A stretch of DNA of 39,147 bases from a virus (taxonomy: Duplodnaviria; Caudoviricetes): positions 1-39,147 of IMG/VR virus record IMGVR_UViG_3300030376_005278, one strand, 5' to 3'. Below, piece by piece: positions 8,401 to 16,079 of this stretch. The notes beneath the pieces were generated by a model. That model saw only the letters and a program-made list of their open reading frames with translations, made no database searches and was not told where the DNA came from. Each line of letters opens with the position of its first letter. Position 1 is the stretch's first letter. The position numbers and the translations under genes were made by a program.

Positions 8401-10021
8401 GGGGGCTGGAAATAGATTTCTTGCTTTAATCAACACTCAGCTTGCCCCAAGTTTTGTAATACCAAACTTTTTACGAGATTTGCAAACAGCGCAAATAAAT
8501 CTCACTGCTTCAGACGCAGAAGGGTTAAGACAGAATGTGTTGAAAGGGATTCGCCCAGCATTTAAAGCCGCGTGGAAAGCTGAAGTAGGGGCAAAAGGAA
8601 AAAAAGCATACGAAGGTGAGTACGGAGAATATTACAAAGAGTTTACCGAAATAGGTGGAAAAATTGAATTCTTTGGACTTAACGAAGTTAAAAAAATAAA
8701 AGGTAAAATCAACTCTACGCTATCTAAAAACAAAACAGTTAACGCTTTGAAATTTTTAAGAGAAAAGGCTGGAGACATTAATGCTTCTGTTGAAAACACT
8801 ATGCGGTTATCTGTGTACGCTAACGCTAGAAAAGCTGGCATGACAAAGTTACAAGCCTCTAGTTTAGCAAAAAACATTACTGTAAACTTTTCCAGAAAAG
8901 GTGAAATGTCTAGTGCATTAAATAGTTGGTTTTTGTTTTTTAACGCTGGGGTGCAAGGCACATACCGTATGGCTCAAGCTCTTGAAAATAAAAAAGTACG
9001 GAAAGCTACAGCGGGAATTGCAGCTTTCGCTGTGGCTCAAGATTTTGTAAACAACATCATATCTGACGAAGATGAAGACGGTGAATCTTTTTATAAAAAA
9101 ATTCCAGAACACGTTAGAGAACGCAACATGATCGTTATGAGTCCTTTTGATGGTGAAGAATATCTTACAATTCCAATGCCGTATGGGTTTAACGTTTTTC
9201 ACTACGCTGGGACTAATCTATCAAGAATGTTGCGAGGAGAAATATCTAGTTGGGATACGCTATCACACACAACAAGTTCTACTTTAAATGCGTTCAATCC
9301 AATTGGGGGTGCAAGCGATTTGTTTTCGGGGCCGGGAATACTGCGAGCCGCTACTCCAGATGTGTTAGACCCATTCACTGCGGTAGTTACTAATAAGGAT
9401 TGGAAAGACGCACCTATTCGACCAGATGAAAACCCATACGACAGATACAAAAAGCCAGATTCACAATCCTATTTTGGTAATGTGTCTGAGATATCAAAAA
9501 CAGTTGCTTCAACTTTAAACTCTTTAACCGGAGGTACAGAAGTTAAAGCTGGATTGGTTGACGTTAGTCCAGAAACTTTTGACTATGTAATGAATCATTT
9601 GTTTGGATCAATGGGTAAAGACGCGCTTCGACCTTTCACCCAAGACGGGGCAAAAAGCATTCCGGTATTAAATCGTTTTGTAGGTGGACAAACTATTTAT
9701 TACGATCAAGAAAACTATTACAAATTGAGAGGTGAAGCATACCAAGCAGATGATCAGATAAAGCAATATCGGATTAACGGTGAAGTTAAGAAATTACAAA
9801 ATTATGTGAAAGAAGCATTGCCTCTTCGTAGAATTTTGCCGCGCATTAAAGAAACTGATAAACGAATTAAAACCTTAACTCAAAGAATGAAAGTGATAGA
9901 GGCAAGTTCTAAATTGTCAGAAGACGAAAAAGAAATACGACTTGAAGCATTGAAAGAAGCCAAAATTAAACTAATGAAGCTTACTAGAAAACGTTTTTTG
10001 ATGCTTTCTGAAAATGAATAG
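5423..10021 (+). CDS. Large internal virion/ejection protein with C-terminal LPD38-like domain
   Basis: 1532 aa; Gly/Ala hydrophobic segments near the N-terminus. C-terminal motifs NITVNFSRKG, FLFFNAGVQG and YKKIPEHVRERN...YLTIPMPYGF are typical of LPD38-containing proteins. Confidence 0.7.
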   Translation: MPDILIEGIGKASFPDTMGREEIAEVIRRKFAPQIEALKEEQRREEFEIAQEKAQKEADEQGFVTSFLQGIGQAKDDFLLGKTLLDLQPYEAKDLLEKEYQKWKKTPQAEEASLLSSRGFGKALGEAGVTIVPTIGAGLGAGAVSTPLGGLITAGATASGIQATSSKGATFKNDYINLRHQQDMAGKPNLDAAFETARDTSNKAAMIAGGVAIASTAVPVGKLIPVGSSISGTVAKKVGAEIAFDSSLGAMESVASDVYAESQGVDRGDILENALRSAAAEGLIGGPFSAVRGRAYFKETYKQKADEFVKDRLAPPTQLALPAPPERLALPAPDSPAALLTGPSLTDPDTWQSSRSFPDVAEVPPMIVDGPIIDVKTGRLIDPLDAPNAPTALLDSRGNVIDFGDQNDAGRQAAKDVEIQIKNKLREEAFETDERIANKRTEQEDGKLGFQRTAKDFEDVKPRDPDVDAPTPKTERELTPTSKTKAPTTRSYQEGVEAIFKSDVAEQTTETTQAKETDSFREGYDEIFRKEETQKTEETTETRTEESTIPESESKISEGEQLLLDHKKIMNELGSRVGSGVDPIAAGKAVYSLYKMAAYWSKQNVKSAFEFAKRVGVKLTNGIREIWNDTIKGIVRTPSEFSKDIIDSVAKESEKTRKTESKKTFGQLVDEKIFAARAKFNLQDPDSNANKAIRKLVDRFVDLKMLQDAIAAGKKIPDTMNAYLRMEHLQDRVGFLKKELDETELEPFLSEMQRLGISNEDLHDYLHARHAPEANKRYADINEAMPDGGSGMTNKKAREVLAKFETDGKTKNLQQLEVRIRKLLQSQIDMELEGGLIDKANHERLSTFYKNYVPLNREGTRSDHLESGNRVFRGHRKRKGSDKKVVDILSNIFHQHYNTIEQVERNRVMASLEQLVTKFKNNVVAPAKPKMRPQFNNEGQVVSQVDPRWKDDPELVSYFIAGQERYLRVTNPHLARNLNNVGFGSLNKLVQWMGAGNRFLALINTQLAPSFVIPNFLRDLQTAQINLTASDAEGLRQNVLKGIRPAFKAAWKAEVGAKGKKAYEGEYGEYYKEFTEIGGKIEFFGLNEVKKIKGKINSTLSKNKTVNALKFLREKAGDINASVENTMRLSVYANARKAGMTKLQASSLAKNITVNFSRKGEMSSALNSWFLFFNAGVQGTYRMAQALENKKVRKATAGIAAFAVAQDFVNNIISDEDEDGESFYKKIPEHVRERNMIVMSPFDGEEYLTIPMPYGFNVFHYAGTNLSRMLRGEISSWDTLSHTTSSTLNAFNPIGGASDLFSGPGILRAATPDVLDPFTAVVTNKDWKDAPIRPDENPYDRYKKPDSQSYFGNVSEISKTVASTLNSLTGGTEVKAGLVDVSPETFDYVMNHLFGSMGKDALRPFTQDGAKSIPVLNRFVGGQTIYYDQENYYKLRGEAYQADDQIKQYRINGEVKKLQNYVKEALPLRRILPRIKETDKRIKTLTQRMKVIEASSKLSEDEKEIRLEALKEAKIKLMKLTRKRFLMLSENE

Positions 10022-10449
10022 TGGATCGTTCAATGATCATAGGGGCAGTCGGGGAACGACTAGTCGAGGCCGAATTATTAAAACAAGGTTTTTTAGTAGC
10101 GCGTCCAAGTATTGATATTGATGGGTGCGATTTGTTAGCTGGAGTTGATCACAACTACTATCATCGTATTCAAATAAAAACTTCCAAACTTCCAGCATTG
10201 ATCGACGGCAGACCGACTGGGTATAGATTTACCAATTTTACTAGTCGTGCTGCCGATTTTTGCATATTCGTTTGTCTACTCCACCCCGCATTTTACATAA
10301 TGCCGATGAGTAAGGTCGGGTCTGGAGTTCGATTTTCTGGAGATGGGAGTGGCCAATCTAAACATGAAAAATATTTTTCAGCGTGGCACATTTTGAAAGA
10401 AAATTGTTTTGAAAATAATTTAGAAAAAAATCCTAAAAATAACTTGTAA
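10021..10449 (+). CDS. PD-(D/E)XK endonuclease
   Basis: GAVGERLVEAELLKQGF...DLL...IQIKTS motif order. Confidence 0.7.
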   Translation: MDRSMIIGAVGERLVEAELLKQGFLVARPSIDIDGCDLLAGVDHNYYHRIQIKTSKLPALIDGRPTGYRFTNFTSRAADFCIFVCLLHPAFYIMPMSKVGSGVRFSGDGSGQSKHEKYFSAWHILKENCFENNLEKNPKNNL

Positions 10450-10472
10450 AGCATTTAAGACTAGCCTAAGTT
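10444..10472 (+). promoter_or_regulatory. Candidate sigma70-type promoter of the replication operon
   Basis: TTGTAA (10444-10449), 17-nt spacer, TAAGTT (10467-10472); A-tract-rich upstream. Confidence 0.4.
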
Positions 10473-10483
10473 TGGGTTGGTCG

Positions 10484-10657
10484 ATGACACAACAACACAC
10501 AATAACAATAAAACTGGACACTGAGGATCGCGAACAAGCGAAACAAAAAGCTCGCGATATGGGACTGCGACTCAGTGAGGTATATAAACAAGCTCTCCAG
10601 CGGGGTTTGAAAAATTTAAAACAAGTTCAGAGCATTGAGCAGTTAAACGAAGTCTAA
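10484..10657 (+). CDS. Ribbon-helix-helix DNA-binding protein
   Basis: HTITIKLD strand followed by two helices (QKARDMGLRLSEVYKQAL). ATG at 10484 preferred to the TTG at 10472. Confidence 0.6.
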   Translation: MTQQHTITIKLDTEDREQAKQKARDMGLRLSEVYKQALQRGLKNLKQVQSIEQLNEV

Positions 10658-10681
10658 AATTATGAGTTCCCCACTTATTAA

Positions 10682-11029
10682 ATGGCAAAGAGCGTTTTGG
10701 AAAAACGATTCGAGATCATGTGGGCTGAATTGGAAGGCCCGCCTCTTGTTGAGGAACACAAATTCCACCCAACAAGAAAATGGAGATTCGATTTTGTCCA
10801 CATGGAGACGAAAACAGCAATTGAATTGGAGGGAGGCGTTGGAAAACACTCACGACACACCTCCACGTCTGGGTATATCAAGGATTGCGAAAAATATAAC
10901 ACTGCAACGGCCCTCGGACATCACGTTTTCAGATTGCCGGGGTACTGGCTCAAATTTGACAAATTGATAGAAATTAAGGAATTCATAGAATGCCAGATGA
11001 ACACGCAAAACACTCCCCGTCGCAATTAA
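10682..11029 (+). CDS. Vsr/DUF559-like phage endonuclease
   Basis: EHKFHPTRKWRFDF...AIELEGG...RHT...GYIKDCEKYN...G..VFR pattern. Confidence 0.7.
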   Translation: MAKSVLEKRFEIMWAELEGPPLVEEHKFHPTRKWRFDFVHMETKTAIELEGGVGKHSRHTSTSGYIKDCEKYNTATALGHHVFRLPGYWLKFDKLIEIKEFIECQMNTQNTPRRN

Positions 11030-11160
11030 AATACAAGAGTAAATGTTCTCAATGGAAGAATGACGACAGTGGGCCAACTCAAGCCGCTGATGAGGGTACA
11101 TTTTTACACGCTATTATGGAAAAATGGGCGTTGATGGTAAAGGCAAACGAGGACAAATGA
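10990..11160 (+). CDS. N-terminal segment (56 aa) of a DUF2800/Cas4-like exonuclease
   Basis: Not in the ORF track. MPDEHAKHSPSQLKYKSKCSQW...AADEGTFLHAIME carries the SPS..C..EGT..H..E start of this family; TGA overlaps the next ATG (ATGA). Confidence 0.7.
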   Translation: MPDEHAKHSPSQLKYKSKCSQWKNDDSGPTQAADEGTFLHAIMEKWALMVKANEDK

Positions 11161-12092
11161 ACGACACAGCGATACCTGATAATTTATCATTTGAACACGA
11201 AACTCTTTTGGGGTTTTGCATGGGCCATAATGAAACCTATTTGCGACAAGCTGACGAGGTTCAAGTTGAGATGCAATTGACCATTCCCGAAGTCACATGG
11301 GGAACGTGTGATTTGGTTTTACGGTTTGGTAAACGATTAATTTTAATTGATTACAAATTTGGCAAATGGAAGGTGGATGATCCAGCGGAGAACTATCAAG
11401 CTCGCGCCTATGTGTTGGGTGCATTCCACGCCTTTCCAGACTGCGAAACTTGTGAATTTATTTTTTTAACTCCACGGTTAAAACTGGTGCAAAAACACAC
11501 TTTTACTAGAGAGGAAGCGTTGTCGTGGACGGACGAATTTAGAAGCATTGTCAAAAATGCAGACGACCCCAACGCACCGTTTAAACCAGATAGTGAGAAC
11601 TGTCTGTTTTGCGGTAATAAAGTTCAGTGTCCCGAATTACAAAAACGAGCCATGCAAATTGCAAACGATAACGACGGGCTGATGCTACCTGAGTCAGCGA
11701 AAACCACAGATTTAACGAGTCCCGCACAAATTAAACGTGCGCTAGACGTAGCCTCAATTGTTGAAAGGTGGGCAAAAAACGTGCGGTCAGCAGCACTGGA
11801 GCGTGTACTATCTGGTGAGGAAATACCGGGATACGAATTAAAGGAAACACGGGGAAACAGGAAAATCAAGGATGTGACCTCAACGTGGGGTGCGTTGAAA
11901 AACGAAATGGGGCAAGAAGATTTTTTAGAGGCTTGTTCAATATCAATTGGTGCGTTGGAAAAGGCGTTAAAAGCTCAAGCACCGCGAGGCAAGAAGGCAG
12001 AATTTACTGCGTCGGCTTTAGAAGTTCTAGATGGACTAGGACTGGTTGAACGCGGTAGTGACAAAATATATTTGTCAAAATCACGAAAATAG
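11157..12092 (+). CDS. DUF2800/Cas4-like PD-(D/E)XK exonuclease, catalytic part
   Basis: WGTCD, LIDYKFG, NYQARAY, CLFC...C and IPGYELKE.RGNRK motifs. Start at 11157 or 11124. Confidence 0.8.
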   Translation: MNDTAIPDNLSFEHETLLGFCMGHNETYLRQADEVQVEMQLTIPEVTWGTCDLVLRFGKRLILIDYKFGKWKVDDPAENYQARAYVLGAFHAFPDCETCEFIFLTPRLKLVQKHTFTREEALSWTDEFRSIVKNADDPNAPFKPDSENCLFCGNKVQCPELQKRAMQIANDNDGLMLPESAKTTDLTSPAQIKRALDVASIVERWAKNVRSAALERVLSGEEIPGYELKETRGNRKIKDVTSTWGALKNEMGQEDFLEACSISIGALEKALKAQAPRGKKAEFTASALEVLDGLGLVERGSDKIYLSKSRK

Positions 12093-12112
12093 AAAATAGG
12101 AAATAGAAAACT

Positions 12113-12817
12113 GTGAGTAAAAAATCACTAAAGAAAAATGAAGACAGCACTACTGAAGTTGCTGTGGCGCAGCCAGCGGTGTCTGGTTTAACAGGAGTAA
12201 TTGAGCAGTCGGATTTGGTAATTCCAAGTTTGAAAATCGCTCAAAAAACAGGCGAATTAGGAGAGTTGTTTATGCCCGGTTCACTGGTATTGAACAACGA
12301 GTATTGTTTGTATGGTGCGCGGTCAGACGAACCAGAAAAACGTACAGATGCGCCTGTCTGGATCACTGTCACTGGTGCAAGGAAATCGTACTACGAAAAT
12401 CTGCCGTATGGTTCAGATACCATGCCGCAAACCGCAGAAACACTGGATGAGGTGTATGAAAAAGGCGGCTCGTTGGATTGGGGGCCAAACAACCAAAGGC
12501 CAAGTTGGAACCCACAGTTAACGTGTACTTTGTTAATTAAGGGAGAGGACGAGGCCTTGTTTCCCTTTGAATACGAAGGCGATAACTACACGCCAGCACA
12601 ATGGACGATTGCATCAATTAGTGCGTACACAGCGGCGGCTAAACCCATCCTTACAGCGGCGGCGTTTAATTTAAAGGCTGGACTGGAATTCGGTAGTTGG
12701 GAGTTGACTACCAAATTGAAAAAAGACACGAACAAGTCGTGGATTGTTCCAGTTTTAAAAACTGGGCCAAAAAATGATGAGGCGTTCGTAAAATGGGTGC
12801 GAGAATTGACTCGTTAA
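12113..12817 (+). CDS. Replication-module protein, possible ssDNA-binding/annealing protein
   Basis: Lies between the exonuclease and polA, where SSBs usually sit; SDLVIPSLKIAQ motif. Function from synteny only. Confidence 0.5.
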   Translation: MSKKSLKKNEDSTTEVAVAQPAVSGLTGVIEQSDLVIPSLKIAQKTGELGELFMPGSLVLNNEYCLYGARSDEPEKRTDAPVWITVTGARKSYYENLPYGSDTMPQTAETLDEVYEKGGSLDWGPNNQRPSWNPQLTCTLLIKGEDEALFPFEYEGDNYTPAQWTIASISAYTAAAKPILTAAAFNLKAGLEFGSWELTTKLKKDTNKSWIVPVLKTGPKNDEAFVKWVRELTR

Positions 12818-12838
12818 ACAGGGGAACATAATGGGTCA

Positions 12839-12877
12839 GGGCGACGGTGGGGTTTACATATTTGTCCACTGTCGCCC
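12839..12877 (+). other. Intergenic GC-rich hairpin
   Basis: GGGCGACGGTGG (12839-12850) pairs with CCACTGTCGCCC (12866-12877), one G-U pair. Confidence 0.6.
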
Positions 12878-12896
12878 AACCTAACTTAAAAATAAA

Positions 12897-12950
12897 ATGC
12901 AATTAGAACTATTTACAGAAATCGACGGCGAGTATGTGTACTGGCAATGA
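12897..12950 (+). CDS. 17-aa micropeptide MQLELFTEIDGEYVYWQ with beta-clamp-binding-like motif
   Basis: A-rich leader; ATGA overlap with the polA start; QLELF resembles the QL[S/D]LF consensus. Confidence 0.5.
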   Translation: MQLELFTEIDGEYVYWQ

Positions 12951-14671
12951 TCGCAATAGATTTTGAAACATACTACGACGCGGATTGCACCGTAAAAGGT
13001 CTTGGGCCTGACGCATATTCACGACATCCACAATTTGATCCGTACATGGTCAGTATTTATGGAGACGGGTTTGACTATGTTGGCCCGACTCAAGACGCAC
13101 CGTGGTGTGATCTGCCCGTAGAACCTAAGTTGGTGGCTCATAATGCGGCATTTGACTCAGTTTGTTTTCAAGCCGCACAACGAATGGGTATGATACCCGG
13201 CGATTTAGCTCCAGTGTGGAGTTGTTCGGCCAATCTTGCTGTTTATATTCAGTGTCCCAGAAACCTAAAAGGGTTTGCTGAACAAATGTTAGGGGTTAAA
13301 CCTGACAAAACAGTACGAGATAATATGAAGGGTAAGTTACCGAAAGACCTCGATGACACGCAGTTAACGTCTCTTATTGAGTATGCCCGAATGGACTCTG
13401 TTTTATGTAACAAATTGTGGGAGACTTACGAAAAACATTGGCCATACCACGAACAAGTTATTGCTAGGCACACAATGACTAGTGGTCAGAAAGGTGTTCA
13501 CATTGACCAAGATTTATTGACGAGGGGGTTGGAGCAACTCTACGAAGTTAAGGAAAAAAGCGCAAAGCTTGTCCCGTGGGTCGGGGATGACGAGCCAGTG
13601 AATTCACTGAAGCAACTCAGAATCTTTTGCGCCAAGGAAGGAATTCCAGCCCCCTCATCAACAAATCAAACTGATCCGGCTTGCGCTGAATGGGAGTCCC
13701 AGTATGGGAAAAAGTATCCTGTCGTTGGTGCATTGAGAGACTGGCGCAAATCAAACCGTCTGTTGCGGATATTTGAAACCGTACAAACTCGTTTACGAGA
13801 AGATGGATCATTGCCTTTTGGGTTAAAATACTTCGGTGCAGCTTTAACAGGACGTTGGAGCGGTGACACTGGACTAAATATGCAGAACCTCCCACGCGGT
13901 GAGAGTTTTGGCATTGATACGCGCAGTTTATTTGTACCAAGACCGGGTAAAAAATTTATAATTTGCGACTTAGCTCAAATTGAACCCCGTTGTTTAGCAT
14001 GGTTGGTGAATGATACTGCGTTATTGGACATTGTTAAAAGTGGTAAAGACATCTATACGGCCCATGCTATGGCAACTATGGGGGCTAAACGGGTCAGCAA
14101 ATCAATGCGCCAGTTGGCAAAAATCCGTGTATTGGGCCTTGGATATGGGTGCGGTCACAAAAAATTTAAAGAAATCGCCGCTGGTTGGGGCATCCCATTA
14201 ACCTCCAGTGAGGCACAACACACTGTTTCTGAGTATCGTAGGACAAATCCGAAAGTCGTTTGGTTCTGGAAGAATTGCGAGAAGGACATGGCCAATGACC
14301 ACGGTGAGCATCATTTTTTAGAGCTACCTAGTGGGCGAACAATCTCCTATTTCAACGTAGACAGAGATCGTGGGCAGATGGTTGCCTCGATCACTCGCGG
14401 AGAGAATCCTCGTTATTGGTACGGTGGAAAAATCTGTGAGAACATTGTTCAAGCCACGGCCCGCGAAGTATTTGCCGAATGCTATTACAATATCATTAGA
14501 GCGGGGTATGAAGTGTTGTGGACTGTCCATGATGAGCTTATAGTAGAGGTTGATCAGAACGACATTGACTCTATTAAGGACATCGAGGCTATGATGAGCC
14601 GCACTCCAGAATGGCTTAAAGGATGTCCGATTGCAGCGGAGGCACATGAGACTGACAAGTATATGAAATAA
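12947..14671 (+). CDS. polA: DNA polymerase family A with 3'-5' exonuclease (Leu762 type)
   Basis: ExoI DFETY, ExoII AHNAAFD, TGRWS, NMQNLPR, motif A DLAQIEPR, motif B RQLAKIRVLGLGYG, motif C VHDE. Confidence 0.95.
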   Translation: MIAIDFETYYDADCTVKGLGPDAYSRHPQFDPYMVSIYGDGFDYVGPTQDAPWCDLPVEPKLVAHNAAFDSVCFQAAQRMGMIPGDLAPVWSCSANLAVYIQCPRNLKGFAEQMLGVKPDKTVRDNMKGKLPKDLDDTQLTSLIEYARMDSVLCNKLWETYEKHWPYHEQVIARHTMTSGQKGVHIDQDLLTRGLEQLYEVKEKSAKLVPWVGDDEPVNSLKQLRIFCAKEGIPAPSSTNQTDPACAEWESQYGKKYPVVGALRDWRKSNRLLRIFETVQTRLREDGSLPFGLKYFGAALTGRWSGDTGLNMQNLPRGESFGIDTRSLFVPRPGKKFIICDLAQIEPRCLAWLVNDTALLDIVKSGKDIYTAHAMATMGAKRVSKSMRQLAKIRVLGLGYGCGHKKFKEIAAGWGIPLTSSEAQHTVSEYRRTNPKVVWFWKNCEKDMANDHGEHHFLELPSGRTISYFNVDRDRGQMVASITRGENPRYWYGGKICENIVQATAREVFAECYYNIIRAGYEVLWTVHDELIVEVDQNDIDSIKDIEAMMSRTPEWLKGCPIAAEAHETDKYMK

Positions 14672-14675
14672 ATTT

Positions 14676-14885
14676 ATGACAGACAGATTAATAACTATGG
14701 GATCGAGAGCTAATTTGGTTCAGACAAGTCTTGCTGGGCATCAAAGCTCTGAACGACTTTCATCGCATGAAATGAGTCAGCAAATAAGCAAAAAGATAAA
14801 GGAGAATATCTTGTCGGGTCGTTTTTATCCTGAGACTCCCGCTGAGAGAAAAATGTTGGAGGAGCATCTAGCAAACAAAAAATAA
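14676..14885 (+). CDS. Hypothetical protein
   Basis: ORF starts 4 nt after the polA stop. Confidence 0.55.
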   Translation: MTDRLITMGSRANLVQTSLAGHQSSERLSSHEMSQQISKKIKENILSGRFYPETPAERKMLEEHLANKK

Positions 14886-14890
14886 AATTT

Positions 14891-14955
14891 TAGCCCCGGC
14901 GTTTTCAAACCCACGTCTCCCGTGGTCATCATCTGGTACAAACCCGTCGGGGCTA
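14891..14955 (+). other. Intergenic structured element
   Basis: TAGCCCCGGCG/CGTCGGGGCTA outer stem enclosing the inner hairpin CCACG-tctcc-CGTGG. Confidence 0.55.
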
Positions 14956-14973
14956 TCTCTTTGTCTAAATAAA

Positions 14974-15552
14974 ATGGATACTCACAATACCCCATGTCCC
15001 GAATGTGACTTGATAGACTGTGTTTGCGACATAATTGGCACGATGGGCATCGTCGGGCTGACTGGAAAAAAACGCAGCGGTAAAGACACAGTGTTTCAGT
15101 TTATGGAAACACCGGGAACTGTTCGAGCCGCGTTCGCGGACAACCTAAAACGAGAGATTGCAAAAATCACTGGCCTCTCGGTTGCGGAAGTTGAACATAA
15201 TAAAGAATCTCTGAGGTTGTTACTCCAAGCGTGGGGCGCAGATTTTAGGAGACAGTTTTATGGAGAAGATTATTGGGTTAAAGCTATGGAGGCTGACCTA
15301 TTTAAATTAGAAGTGGCGGGTAACCAGTGGGCGATTGTCACGGATGTTAGATTTCCAAATGAGGCGCAGTTCTTGAAAGACGTTGGAGGAACCATTGTTC
15401 GTGTCCAACGTGACACTGACACAATCGACTCTCACTCTAGTGAAACTGCTATGGACGAGTATGAGGTGGACTATACCATCAATAACAATGGAACACTGGA
15501 CGATTTAAAAAATGAAGTTGAGAAATTAAAACAATGGCTGAACGACCTATAA
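14974..15552 (+). CDS. Deoxynucleoside monophosphate kinase
   Basis: P-loop GLTGKKRSGKDT, AFADNLK, RLLLQAWG, DYWV, TDVRFPNE, HSSE and INNNGTLDDL motifs. Confidence 0.9.
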   Translation: MDTHNTPCPECDLIDCVCDIIGTMGIVGLTGKKRSGKDTVFQFMETPGTVRAAFADNLKREIAKITGLSVAEVEHNKESLRLLLQAWGADFRRQFYGEDYWVKAMEADLFKLEVAGNQWAIVTDVRFPNEAQFLKDVGGTIVRVQRDTDTIDSHSSETAMDEYEVDYTINNNGTLDDLKNEVEKLKQWLNDL

Positions 15553-16079
15553 AACACTCAATGGTTGCCAAAGCGCGACTCCAACGTCGGGCCAAAGAAA
15601 TTGCAAACGGCAAAGGAAAACTAATGATGCTGCGCCCTAATCTACCTAAACTAGCACTCTTGTATTTTGCAAGACACGCATCTCCAGAACAACTGGAAGA
15701 AGTGATTCGGGCTGCGGAGAAAGACTTAAACCCCAGACTTCAACGAACCTACATGGGCGAAGTTGAACAAGACATATTTTTAACATGAGCGAAATACTAA
15801 TTCCCAAAATCAAAGACTGCCCACCAAATGGGACGGGCGTACACAAATGGATCTTCCATGCGTGTTGTAAACTGAACGAGGCTGGCTTCCCGCCTGACGA
15901 AATTGAAATCTATTGTGCAAAACACGCAACTAGACCACTCCAACCGGGAGAAGTTATTAATGCGCTTAAAAGCATTGGTAGAGGTGGCTTGGTTAGTCGC
16001 CCGATGTGGAGGAAACCAAATGAATATGCCATTGAATCCGTGATTAATGAAAATGGAACACTGGACGATTTAAAAAATG
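15487..16079 (+). repeat. Exact 28-bp direct repeat (15487-15514 and 16052-16079)
   Basis: AATGGAACACTGGACGATTTAAAAAATG occurs in both the dNMP kinase and primase genes. Confidence 0.9.
15534..15788 (+). CDS. Hypothetical protein
   Basis: Overlaps both neighbours (ATGA with the primase gene). Confidence 0.6.
   Translation: MAERPIKHSMVAKARLQRRAKEIANGKGKLMMLRPNLPKLALLYFARHASPEQLEEVIRAAEKDLNPRLQRTYMGEVEQDIFLT

Noticed and set aside
5104-9450. Minus-strand ORFs inside the ejection genes (and similar ones within polA, terL, portal and tail genes)
   Set aside because: Antisense shadows of long, motif-bearing + strand genes, with no recognisable motifs of their own.
10662-10967. 101-aa ORF overlapping the Vsr-like nuclease
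   Set aside because: Alternative frame of 10682..11029, which has the conserved motifs.
11157-12092. CRISPR-Cas system suggested by the Cas4-like gene
   Set aside because: No other cas genes or array; this family is a common phage replication/recombination exonuclease.
14891-14955. tRNA gene
   Set aside because: No T-loop GTTCRA or D-arm consensus, and no cloverleaf.
15487-16079. 28-bp repeat as attL/attR or a DGR template/variable pair
   Set aside because: No integrase or reverse transcriptase seen, no adenine-specific mismatches, and both copies are inside replication genes.
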